Below, one piece after another: positions 49,092 through 61,804 of a DNA stretch of 64,000 nt. Positions within the stretch are counted from its first letter, which is position 1. Each line of letters opens with the position of its first letter. The position numbers and the translations under genes are program-made. Source of the stretch: Tubulanus polymorphus (lineage: Eukaryota; Animalia; Nemertea); NCBI RefSeq assembly GCF_964204645.1, contig NC_134028.1:12075263-12139262 (forward strand). The letters are read 5' to 3'. The notes under the pieces were generated by a model, which saw only the letters and a list, made by a program, of their open reading frames with translations, did no database searches and was not told where the DNA came from.

Positions 49092-52000
49092 AGGCTACTA
49101 GCCTATGTAGGCCTATGTATATGCGTAGGCCTAACATCCCGACAGATTGGTCGTAGGCCTATGGAATAACCCTCCTAAATATCGAAAATTTTGTTTTGAA
49201 GTTTAATCCAATGAGTCCGTTAATAAACGCAACAATTATACTGTGTTTGTTTGAGACTGTAAAGCTCAGTACCGGTAGGCCTAAAGCCTTAAGGCCGCGT
49301 AACACTCGATAAACACTTTAAGCGACACAGCGAACGATCTCCTTTCCCCCACAGCGAACGCTTACTCCGAATGTCAAGTGTGAGTCCAGCATACGGATAG
49401 GAGTGTGTCATATCCTTGACTTTAGTAAATACCTTGTGCATTAGACAAAGTTCGGTATGTACTATAGGAAATATAGAGAATTGATAGATGGTTGAAGCCT
49501 GCGGCCGAATTAAGTAATATATTCTTTTATTTTGATACCTCGTTGACACAACAGCTTTTCTCCGCTATATCTCTTTGATGTGGTTAGTTTAGGCCTACGA
49601 CTCCACTGTACTCAAATGATTAATCTTAGTAAATACACAGTTAATTTGGTAAAGAAAAAAGGTATTGTTAAACTAACTGCTCGAAGCCTATGGCCAAATC
49701 ACAGGTAGTAATAAATTAATCTGTACTCGATTTGATTCTCATGATGAGGAGAAACCTTATAGAAAAACTCGCAGCTGATCCCCGGAACGACGATGTAGCG
49801 ACACACGTCGATTAGTCGTTGTTTACGGCTCAACAGTGCTTAAAATCTTAAGTAGTAAATTTCATGTGTATCGGTAATATGATTTGATGAGGAAAATGGG
49901 CTATTGTTAAAACTAGTTTTTAAAAACTGCGGCTGAATGTGCAATCTTTGGGTAATAAATTTGTTAATTTATGCTTGAATTGATAATCGACGTGACAAGA
50001 AACGTGCGGTAGATTTCGGAGACGACTTGGAAAAACATGTCGGCTCTTTGAATGGGGCTCAATTTTCGATGTTTACGGCCCAATAGTGCTTTTGTAACGT
50101 TGATTCTTCAAAATACGCATTGAGCATTTGTAGATAGAAGTAAGCTGAATGATATCAGACAGATTGTATCGGCAACAGCGGTAATGTAAAAAAGCCTATG
50201 TACTTTTGACAAAAAAAGTGTGGAAAAAAAAATGAATAAATATAGCTGCAAAGCAGCGATAACGGGTTTCTGCCTTGCCGGGTTAAATACCGTACTAGGA
50301 AGGTTGCAAAAGATTTCACTGAAATCAGTTCATTACATACCACTATCTGTGAAGAAGCGCCACCTAGGGGTCAGCCTGTATCATGGGTCAGCCCATATCA
50401 TGGATATGTTGACCCATGGCTCTTAAGTGCAAAGTAATGATGTACCAAGTTTAGGGAAAATAACTTGGTGATACAGGTGAAAATAGGTGATACGGTGTTC
50501 TACCATTACCTCGTAGCAAAGTACATGTGTATTAATTTTCATAGAAATCCCTCCATCCGATAAGTAGATATCAATGAAAATGCATTTCCAACAATTTGTA
50601 GGTGGCGCTACTGGAGCACCATATGAGTTACCTACTTAAACCATACACCAATACAAGTGTCTTGTAAAGGGCTACTAACCACACATTTCAACCTCGATTC
50701 TATCACCAACGGTTAAGGACCTGGGAGCAAAAATCGTTGTTTTCACAGTCCCCTGGTGGCAGTTGTATGGACTAATCATGCAGGTTGGTATATTACACAC
50801 ATGTCTTTGTACTTATACCAAGTTTTGTGATTTTCATAATAAACAGACCGCATTACATACGAAAAATGGATGCCGAAATCTATTTTTCCAAAATTTACGC
50901 CCCCTAGTGGTTTAAATAGGAACTAATCGCGTGAGGGGTTCGTTGCATGTAGTAACCAGGTACATGTGTATCAATTTTTATAGAAATCCATTGATACCCT
51001 TAGTCGATACAGATGAAAATGTGTTTTCCAGCGTCTTATAGATGGCGCTACTGGAGAACCATATGAGTTACATAGTTAAACCATACATCAATACAAGCGT
51101 CTTGTCAAGGGCTACTGATCACTCATTGCAACCACGATTCTATCTCCACCGGTAAAGGAGCTAGGAGCAAAAATCTCTTTGAAAAATTTGGGGTCCCATT
51201 TTCGAGCCCGTAGAGCCCAAACAGTTAATCGCAGATAGAGCGTGCCATTGACTTTTTAGCCTCCGGGCTGTCATGAACAACTTTCGTGCTCAGCCGAAGC
51301 TTAAAACGCAGACAAAAATTTTTCTCACACAGTAACTTTTTGATGTCAGAATTTTCAAAAGTAAAACGCCCCCTGGTGGGTGAACGGGATACCCAATCAA
51401 AGATCCCTTCGACTTACCTCAAGGTACCTGTGTTCTGTACATCCCTCGAAAGTTTCAAGTAAATCCGTCAAGGAATATTGTAATGCTAGCAGGATATAGT
51501 CATCCAGGCTCTCAGGATAGCTGCATTCATTAGCTCTATCCGGGGAAGTTACTGCAAGGATGCTATTGCTTGTATATGCGACAAACAAGGCTATAAAAAT
51601 TCCTCAGTTGCGTTCACTCGAGACTGACCTCATTCACTGCGCCACATATATAGTAGCGGAGATAAAAAATAATAAAAAACTCCAGATCTAGTACACAGCT
51701 CTATCACTGCTTATAGGGACACTGACACAAACACACGTACTGACCCGCTGTGGGAATGACAGGTAGGCAATACACATACATAGATGGATACTGTTTGAAT
51801 CGGGCATAAATTTCTATGTTTAGAGGCTCACAGTGAGTAAACAGTGCATTTCTGATTAATATTATATACAGTATTTGTCATTGCAGCGTAGTACTTGCGA
51901 TACAGATTGGTTTCACCGACAGTGAAAGTAAATTGCAGTTGTTTATATCCTTTCAGTAAGATCCAGTGTGAAAAAGAATATAATAATAATAATCAGCAGG

Positions 52001-52094
52001 AATACAATAGGGTTTCTGCGAAGGCAGCAGAAACCCTAATAATAATCACACGAATCTCAATAGGGTTTTCTGTGAAGAAACAGAAAACCCTAAT
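49092..52094 (-). mobile_element. Helentron/HINE-like element (outer), copy 2
   Basis: Homologous to 2913-4585; 5' hairpin at 52059-52091; left boundary is only the limit of visible similarity. Confidence 0.75.
50239..52042 (-). mobile_element. Helentron/HINE-like element (inner, longer form)
   Basis: Same termini as 4133-4534; internal ~460-bp direct repeat (~50520-50740 vs ~50960-51175). Confidence 0.75.
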
Positions 52095-52769
52095 TATTTG
52101 AATGTATTGAAGAAAATGCCAATACCGACTAGAATGGAGTGGCCGTCCATTTGATCGTGCAAACTCTACCCGACAAATGAAATAACGTAACCGATCTGGA
52201 TTTCATTTTAACACACCCAGGCAATAGTGAAGAACGTAGTTGGAAAAACAGGAATTATCATCATTTGGATGCATTTCAAACAAATTTCACTTGGTTTACA
52301 GGTCGGCATCATTGACATAGGTGTAGAGTTAATCGTCCAACCCTATTGATGTATTTGGGTGCTGCATATCCACCCAAATAATCCTAGAAATACAACTCAA
52401 TTTGTTTCACTTCCGGGTTTTTAATCCCGGACACTGTTAACAAGATTTCATGTGGTCCAACCCTTCCGGCCCGTTGAAAAGCATTTGTATAAGCTTAGCC
52501 TACTGCCACATCTACATATAGTAGACCTAGCTCCACATAAAAGCCTATTTATCTAATTTTGTTTTACGTCTCATCGGATCCATCCCTCCTGAAGGGATTA
52601 TAACCTGATTGATGGCATCGCTACACTTAGCCATGACCTAACCCCTGCCTGTTAAGATCCCTGGTGGCACTTGCATGAACTTGTCTGTCGCTCAAGCTCT
52701 CCATGCGAGTTTTTGGGCCTCGGATTTGGGCCATGTTCGCGTCGTTTCGCACACGTTTGATTTTATTGA

Positions 52770-53268
52770 ATATGTTTGGCAATCCTATTAATCTGTTCTA
52801 TGATCATTAATTCAAATCAAATAAAATTTTATTAGTCTTCTTAAAGTTTTCGATATGCTTTTATGTATGGTCTTAATAGTTAGTTATGTTTGTTTCTACA
52901 GCCAGATCGGAATCAAGAAGGCGGCCTTCGGCAAAATCAGCACTTTTGCAGAGGTTTTGAATGGGAAATGTTGAAGACGCTTTGATCCATCATTACCACC
53001 AATCAATCCAAAAATTGCCAAATCGTAGTTCATGATTTCTGTTACTACATCTTCATTATCCTACTTTGACTAAACTTGGTACAAAGAGTACTTTGTATTT
53101 CGCGAAGCACATTGTTCTCTATATCTGGTATTAGTGTTGAACTCTAGATGGCGCTCCTATAAAATCTGTTGTCTATCTACTGATTTAAGATGGATTTCGT
53201 TCAAATCTAAGTAGGACATTTTAACCAACTAGTCAGAAAACCTGTTATCGCTGCTTTGCAGCTATATT
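52770..53268 (+). mobile_element. Short HINE-like element
   Basis: 3' end CAGAAAACCTGTTATCGCTGCTTTGCAGCTATATT; 5' end degenerate. Confidence 0.55.
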
Positions 53269-53329
53269 TTTAACTTGAAGTTGCCCGGAGGTCAACCTAA
53301 GTTACTGCTGAAGTCAGAAAGAATACCGG

Positions 53330-53705
53330 ATTCCTCGAGGCCGAGTAATAGTTAGAAGAGTACTGAATGATTGTAATGTATGTCGTTTGCTAGAAGGCAG
53401 ACCATATGAATTACCTTCGATGCCTCCACTACCGGCAAACAGATTGATGAGATATCAACCGTTCACTTACGTTGGTCTTGGATTACATGGGTCATTTTAA
53501 TGTGAAGGAAGGTAGTGAGGTGAATAATATATGGTTATGTCTATTAACATGCTTATCAGTGAGAGCTGTACATCTAGAAGTAGTGATGAACATGAAAACA
53601 TGACAACACAGGAATTCCTTCAAGCTGTTAGAAGATTTGTTGCTAAACGAGGGAAACCAGAAGAAATTCTATCAGACAATGTGTCTGAGTTAAAACTAGG
53701 AGATC
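53330..53705 (+). mobile_element. Isolated BEL/Pao integrase fragment
   Basis: CNVC..MPPLP..PFTYVGL-DYMG..LCLLTCLSVRAVHLEVV..FLQAVRRFVAKRGKPEEILSDN; frameshifted and different in sequence from the full-length element. Confidence 0.85.
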
Positions 53706-55564
53706 GAGTTCTACGACCAGGATGGAGTTCAAGACAGTAGGTGGTAGGATGTTTATGCCATAAACCGAGGATCGGAAAAATCGATTGTAAAAAATTACCG
53801 TTTTCAGAAGAAATCTCCAAGGAAATGATAGCTACGATCCTGGATCTTTGCAGGTGGCTAGGCGCTCATGTCAAGAACCGTTTGCACTCACAAAAATCGG
53901 CACTGCTATTGCCTTAAAATCTTGTGCCATGAAAAAGCGGACACACTCGCCCTAAAGTGACGGCATAGGTAAACCAAATAAATCGCCCATGGGAAAAGTG
54001 TGGTTTACCTTGAAAGCTAGACGTTGTTTGGAGTAAGGGCATTGCTTGAAAAATCTTTTTAATTCGTGACTTCAAAGTTCTAGAAGTTTATATTGTATTT
54101 TATCTTTCTTAAAGAATTATTTTGTAGTCAAATAAGACCAAAGATAAACATTTGTTTATGTTCTACGTCCAAAATTTCGTAGGGTGCAGTTAGGCGCGGC
54201 AGGGAAACTATTTTATATTTTCAAAAAAAAAATTTCACAATATGAATAAATATTCAAATAAAATTCATATGATGTCACATATCAGAGGGTGGTAATTGAT
54301 CAAAGCGTCTTCAAAATTTCCCTCAAAAACTTCAAAAATGTGTAAAAAGTGCTGATTTTGGCGAACAACAATGGGTGCCAGTCGGCCATCTTGAGTCTGA
54401 CAGGGCCAGTTTTTGGGCTGAAGATGTGTCTAGGGTAGATACACGTGTAACCCAAATATCAATACATTACATTAGAGCGTCTTCAAAACTTCCCAAAATA
54501 ACTGGATTCCGTCTACGGATGAAAAGTGAACGCAATAGCCCGCTGGGACTAACGTCCCTAGTGGGCTAAAAATCAACGGCTATTCTTCCAATCCATTGTC
54601 AGTAAAAGCTGTCGATTGAAGTGATGAAAGTTGAACGAAGTTTGAAACTTTAACTAGGCCAAGCCTGAGGCATGCTGTTCATATAACTAACAAGATATGG
54701 TGATCAATAACAACAGCCGCAGTCAGAGTGATGCGTGTATTAAGCATGAGCATCGTAACAACGCATGTGTTCTTGTGAAAAAAGGAATGTAGATCCAATA
54801 AAAAATAACTAAATCAGCAAATACCCAAGGCTTTGTGATGAAATTCAATAGGGTTAGAGGTTATATTACTGCATTGAAGAGAAGCTAAACCTTCCTTCGG
54901 AAGTTATTTTGTACCAAACTAGCAAGTGTCCTATGTGGTAGCAAAAATGGACTTCGCTAAAGGGAAAGTCTATAAAAAATCAATTGACAATTGCAGCCTC
55001 AATGGTGTAAAAAACATTTGGAGGCGGACATGTATTCAGACGCGGGTAAATCTATATACCCTCATTATACTGAAGTTGAGTAGAGGGCATAAACAGGGAT
55101 GTACATTGATGATGATTAGTCCATAACCCTTTCACTGCCCACGCAATTGCACTGCCAGTGCATATTGCATTTTCATTTAAAAAATCTGAATTTTCAATTT
55201 CTATTTCATACAAACATTGTCTCACATTGTCAATTGTCTTGCGTTTCTTCTGCTCTACGTGGGTTTAAATAAATAAGTGCATGAAGTTTCGAAAATGTCG
55301 CAGCACATCAAGTGCCATACGTATGGCATTTTTAAAACAAAAGGGCTTATGGATTTTGTGTGAATTCTGGATATAGTTAAATATTTTAAATGATGAAGTC
55401 CCTTTTATCCAAGCCATGCAATGTGGATAGTATGGATGCGGGGCCCTGCTCATGAGTGAAGCCATGGGTCAATACAATGAAAGACATAAAGTCAGCTAGA
55501 TATGACCCCATTCGATTACGACAAGCTTGGGTGGGAGAGAGATGATGAGTGAATGTAAGTGGAG

Positions 55565-56063
55565 TGTTACATAATAAACTTTTTTTTTCTTTTTTCTTTA
55601 TTTTGTCTGCTTTGATTAGATATTCATACTTTGTGTTTCTAGGGTTTGATTTGTTTGAATTATTCGACTGCATTTCTATATTCTGTTTAGATTTCTTGCT
55701 TCATTGAATTAAGCTTCCAGAATTTACATTCATGCTATATATATCACATTCACGCCTGTATAGTTTACTGTACTGTAGAACTTTATTTAAAGTCATGTTG
55801 TAGAATATTTCGGGGCTTTTTGCCAGCATTAGACGTACACTTGACATGGTTCTTGTAAGTAAAAATCTGTTGGATTTAGAATTTAGGAAATATTTAGGCC
55901 TACTATGTACATTACTAATAATTCTTCTATTTTTGTTAATTTTGTTAATTTGAATACTGTATTATTTGTTTATTTGTAGTAAACCACACATCTTCGTCTG
56001 TCGGAAATAAAACTTGTGCGTCAAAGAACCATCGTAATTTTCTTTATGTCGCTCTCGTCGACA
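55565..56063 (+). repeat. 5' LTR (499 bp)
   Basis: TGTTACA...GTCGACA; AATAAA at 56006-56011; matches 63386-63882. Confidence 0.95.
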
Positions 56064-59000
56064 TAAATTGTTAAATGAACCAAGAAGCAATGTCTGAGAA
56101 TCAAGCTGCCACTCAGTTGAAAACTCGCGCTGCCCTAGCTGGCTGTGTTACGCGTTATTCAGAGGATGTTGATTCCCGTTCTTCGAGATCATCAGTTTCA
56201 AATTTGTCAAAAGTAAAACCACCAGTTGTGTCATCGCGAAAGTCAGATCTCGAGTTTCCTGTTGATAATCGTGAACTGCCCCACGCATCCGTTCGGGAGG
56301 GCGAATTGGTGGATCCAGATGAGAACGTTCGACAATGGTTGCGCCAAGATGCAGAGCTGAATCGGGAACCACCACCACATCATCAGAATTTTCTTTCTAA
56401 TCCTATTCCTGATCGTGTTCCTGCAATCGATGATTGGATTGATGAGCTGATCTCAGGGCAGGAAACTATAGTTGCAGAATCATCTGATTCAGAATCGACA
56501 TTGATGGAAGCCTTTGCTCGTTTGGCTAGCGATCGAGATTAGCCACCAGTTGACATACCAGTTTTTGACGGGTCAGCAATTGTTCGGCCAAAATTCGTCG
56601 AACAATTTTACGTACAAATTCATAAAAGGTATGGTCTCACTGATTGTAGGAGAATGGATCTTCTCGATCCAGTCTCATTTAAGAGTTGATGCTAAAAGGT
56701 TAGTCCAGGCCTAAGGTACACCGGTCGAAATTACGCCCAGGCCTTCCAGGAATTGAAACGCGTATTTGGACACAAGGTACTAGTATCTCGGGCGTATTTA
56801 GGTAGCATATCCAATGGTCCGGTCATTCAGTCCAACAGTTCAGCTACGTCGCGCAATTTCTATATCCATATTCGAGATTGCATAATAACTTTGAGTCAAT
56901 TGACCTATCGTAATTAATTACTGAGGTTGTGAATTGTTGCAGAAAGTTGCCAGAAGAAAAGCAAGTGGAACGAAACTGTTAAAAATATATCTGAAAAGAG
57001 AGAATCCTGTGTAAACGATTTATGTAATTGGCTTAGAGATAGAGTTGATGCCGAGTGCGGGCCGTATGCTGTTCATATACCTTCCGTCCGGCATTTCCCT
57101 TCCGGGACTCAAAGTACCCAATTAAGTAGGTCTTCTGTAAATTCAATTAAAGAGAATTCAATCCCTAGAAGTAGTTATTATACGTGTATTTTATGCAATG
57201 GTTCTCATAACCTCTCAAAATGAAATGAGTTTATTAAGAAATCCATACCGGAGAGATTTTGTGTTGTGAGAATGTATAAATTATGTTTCAACTGTCTCTC
57301 TTCGACCATAGGAACGATTCGTGCCCCTCAACTGGTACTTGCCACATATGTAAAAAGCGTGGGCATCACACGACCATACACAACGATACAAATGGACCAC
57401 AACCTTATAACTCCAGAAATTTGAGGAGGCAGGGGACTGAGAGTTCAAATCAGTCAGCTGAGTCAATTAAACAGAGTGCTGAAAGAGCTACGAGTAATAC
57501 GGTCAGTGGTAGGTTGGTGGTAAGTGTGCATTTCCAGATAGTGCCAGTTTTCATTAAAGGCCAAAATGGCCGCTGTCTTAAAACCTACGCTCTGTTAGAT
57601 TCGGCAAGTGAAATATCAATGATTGATTTGACAACTCGGTTTGATGGGTGAAACAAAATTCCTCACAATGAATACTTTAACTTCCGCACAGACGAAAGAA
57701 TCTGAAATTGTGAGTTTTTCGGTCCGCAGCCAAAGGACTTTTGTGAACCAGAATTGATAGTCAAGAAAGCGTGGACACGTGATGGAGGTTTCAATTGTCC
57801 TCCACAAAATATATCTTTATTACTAGGGTACAAACATTTGAAAGATTTATGCCTGAACAATTGACCCTTGCGAAGTAAAACTTCTAATTGGGGCAAATGT
57901 GCCTAAGGCTCACTTACAATTAGATATACGCCATGGAAAAGATTCTGAGGACCCAATTGCCGTCCGCACTCAGCTAGGATGGTATGTCCTCGGTCCCGTA
58001 GGTAGTATTCAAAGTAGTGAATGCTGTATAAATACTCTTTCGATAAACAATGAAGCATTAAATAAAACAATCGAGCAATTTTGGTTAACTGAGAATTTTG
58101 GTGTAAATCCTAATACGGTAGAAAAGACACGATCCATGGATGACAGTCGCGCTTTAGAGATTTTAAATACATCATGTCGGCTCGTCGATGGACATTACCA
58201 GGTAGGTATGTTGTGGAGATATTTCGAATCGGTCATGCCTAATAACCGTTATTTAGCTGAAGTCAGATTAAAAAACATGAAATATCGTCTTAATAAAGAT
58301 GAGTCCTTGAAGGAAAGCTATTGTAAAACAATGAATGGATACATAGCAAAGGGCCATGCACGTAAACTGTCAGTTGATGAGATGAACAACATAGGTGGTA
58401 AAAAGATCTGGTACCTGCCTCACCATTGTGTGATGAATCCCAATAAGCCTGGTAAGGTAAGGGCAGTTTTTGATGCAGCTGCCCTCTGGAATGGCGTTTC
58501 CTTAAATTATCAATTATTGACAGACCCAGACCTACTGAATAGTTTGCTCAGAGTATTAATGCGCTTCAGATTAAGCGCTGTCGCATTAGTAGCAGATGTG
58601 GAAGGTATGTTCACCAGGTTCGTGTACTCGAGAGTGATTCAAATGCCCTTCTATTTCTCTGGCAGGAGAATTTACGAGATCATGAGCCTGTTCAGATTTA
58701 CAAGATGACTGTCCATATTTTTGGTGCTGCCGATTCCCCCATGTGTCGCCAACTATTGTTTAAAACGATGTGCAACAGACAGTGCGGGGATGCATAGTGA
58801 ATTGGCTATTCAGACTATTCTTAGAAATTTCTATGTAGATGATTTACTTAAATCTGTTTGTCTTCCTTCACAGGCTGTTCAGTTAGCTCATGGGGTTACA
58901 GAGATGTTGTGGAAAGGAGGTTTCACCTGACCAAATGGAAAAGTAATGACCGTAAGGTATTAGTGCAAATTTCTAAAGAGGAAAGGGCAAAGCCTGAGTT

Positions 59001-59931
59001 GGATTTCGATTTCGATGAGATGCCTGTAGAAAGAGCTTTAGGCGTGCGGTGGGATATCGAGTCCGACAGCTTCATATTTAACCCAACTCTCATGGAAGGA
59101 ACACCAAGGAAACATCTAGTGGTTTCAACCGTAAGCCAATTTTTAATCCGTGTGGTTTTGTCGCACCGTTTACTTTCAGATCGAAATGCTTGATCCAGGA
59201 GATATGGTGCCCGTTGACAGGCGGTGTTCTTGAGAAATGGCTTGAGTGGGAAGACGAACTTTCTTTTTTGACTGAATTTCGGTTGAATCGACATCATATC
59301 GGTCTGAAAGTTAGTGTCAGTCAAGTAAAGCTACATGTATTCTGCGATGCCTCCGAATTGTGTTTCAGTGTGGTGGCTTATCTGCGAATAGAAAACCCGA
59401 ATGGCAAAGTTGATTGTTCTTTCTTAGTTTCGAAAACGAAAGTAGCTCCTTTGAAGACGCTCACAGTCCCGAAATTGGAACTTGAAGGCGCAGTACTCGC
59501 AGTTTTGCTTGCGTCTATTTTGAAGGAGGAACTCTTAGAATTGAACTTTGCCTGGATAGTGTATTGGTACGATGCTATATCAGTACTGAGATATATAAAC
59601 AACAACTCTACTCGTTTCAAGACTTTCGTAGCCAATAGATTGGTGAAAATCCACGATCACTCGAGTCCTGATCAACGGAAGTATGTTCCATCCGAACAAA
59701 ACGCAGGCGATGTATGTACTCGCGGATTATCTGCGGTGGAGATTAGTAAGTGCGAGGCTTGGTTGTGTGGTCCTTGATTTATTTGTCTATGCGAAACTGA
59801 TTGGCCAGATCAATCAGTTGTTCGTGGACCAGTCCTCATCGTTGAAAGTATTAAAACATCGTCATTACTTGTTCATTCGAATTTCAATAAAAGTAGTAAT
59901 TTATGTACTCAAAGAATGAACACCGTTGATA

Positions 59932-61804
59932 GAACGATGACCACACTCAAACGTGGTGAACGGATAATAAGATAAAATCCCACTATTTACAGATTAAAAG
60001 AATTTAAAAACCAGAATTTATTCATTAAATCTAAAATATTTAAAAGACACGACGTTTCGATCTCACCCTAGAGATCATCGTCAGGTGTGAGAAATAGACT
60101 AAAAACAGGGATATATATACAGAGGAGGACAGGTTAATTGAGTAAATTGGTGAGTGAGTAAATAATTAGTGTTTGGCAAGGCATGAAGTAATATACTTAG
60201 AAAGAAGGGAATTATGCGGAGAAAAGCCATTATTTAAATTGGTACTAATATCTGAGTGACGAGTAATTAGGGCAGACTCAACTATGTGGCATTTAGTGTA
60301 ATTGCTGGAAGTATAAATAATTTCGGCTTTATCAAAATAAAAACGATGACCAGTTTTCCAAACGTGATTGGCTATGCCACTAGCCGGTTTTTGATTTATT
60401 ATATCCTTTTTGTGTTCCGGAATTCGAGTTTTTAAATCACGACCAGTTTCTCCAAAGTAAATTTTATCACAGCCAAAACAAGGAATTTTGTAAACTCCGC
60501 AGTCCAAAAGAAGTGAAGGTATGCCTCGGCGTTGATAGGTTTACGGTAGACTGAGAAAATCAAATGAGAAAATTTATTGTCTAAATAAAAAATTTAGTCT
60601 AAAAACGAAATTTGGTCATTTTGTTCCCATTCAAAAGTGAATTTCAAAGATGGATATTGGGAGTTGATGAAGTCAATAAAAGAGGTAAGATCAAAATTAT
60701 CAGAAACTAAGCTCAGAATGTCATCAACATATCTAATCCAAAAGTTAGGTTTAGAGCCAGCGTACTTAGGGAGAATTTCGGATTCAAAGTGTTCAAGGAA
60801 AAGATTAGCCAAAATTGGGGATAATGGGTTACCCAGAGCGAAACCGAAAATTTGTTCATAGAATTTGTCTTGGAATTGGAAATATAAATTGGTAGTACAG
60901 AGTTCCAAAAGTTCAAGTAAACATTCTACAGGAATTGGGAGATCAAGATTGGAGTCCGGGAGTTTTCTTCTTAAGAAATTGAGAGTTGGTTCCAATGGTA
61001 TATTAGTGAACAAGGAAACAGCGTCGAAAGATATAAATTTTTGTCCATTAGGTTTGAGATTTTTGAGTTTGTCTAAAAGATCCATATTGTGCCGAATGTG
61101 AGAATCAGAAAAAGTACCCAAAGCCGGGGAGAGTACTTTAGCCAGATATTTGGAGAGCCGATATGATGGAGAATTGATATTAGAAATGATCGGTCTTAAC
61201 GGTGAATTGGGTTTATGAATTTTTGGAAGACCATAAGCATAAGGAAGATTTGGAAGCCGAGAGTTAAATTTGGAGAGGAAGTCCGAATGGTCAGGAAATT
61301 TCTTAGAGATGTTTTTTAAACCTAAATTAAAAGCTGATTGCATCTTTTTCAAAGGGTTGTTTTTGATGGATTTGTAGAAATTGGAATCACCGAGAATAGC
61401 AAACATTTTAGAATTGTAATTGATCAAATCTTGAATAACAATTTTGCCGCCTTTATCAGCCTTGGAGATGCGGATGGTTTTGATAGATTTAAGTTCCTGG
61501 AGAGCAATCGAAAATCTCCGAGGAAAGAACTGATTAGATTGACCTTGAAGGGTATTCCAAATGGTGTCCAAATTCATGAATATAAAATTGTATTGAAAAC
61601 TAGCCGGAGGAGATCTTTCCATACCTTCAACGAAATCCAAAATGTGTTGTTTTCTATGCGGGAGAAATTTAATCCTAAACCGAGAACTTGAATTTGTGTT
61701 TTGGTTAATTTAGCCGAAGATAGATTGACAACATTATCAGTAGCGCAAAATTTGGTCCAAGGGCTGTTGTCGATTAATTTATTCAGAATGGAAGAGAAAT
61801 GCTA
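59932..61804 (-). mobile_element. Penelope-like element (5'-truncated; RT plus GIY-YIG endonuclease)
   Basis: KADKG, YGLPKIHK..PLRPIIS, SFDAVSLFTNIP, RYVDD, ISFLD; GVYKIPC..C..YFGETGR..R..EH; 13-bp TSD AACACCGTTGATA at 59919-59931 and 61805-61817. Confidence 0.95.
60047..60088 (-). ncRNA. Minimal type I hammerhead ribozyme in the Penelope-like element 3' region
   Basis: Minus strand ACAC-CUGACGA-U-GAUCUC-UAGGGU-GAGAUC-GAAA-C-GUC-GUGU: intact core, 4-bp stem I, 6-bp stem II, loop-less palindromic stem III. Confidence 0.88.

Noticed and set aside
52290-52385. Exon-like minus-strand segment after TTTCTAG
   Set aside because: Stops in all three frames within ~30 codons and no recognisable homology.
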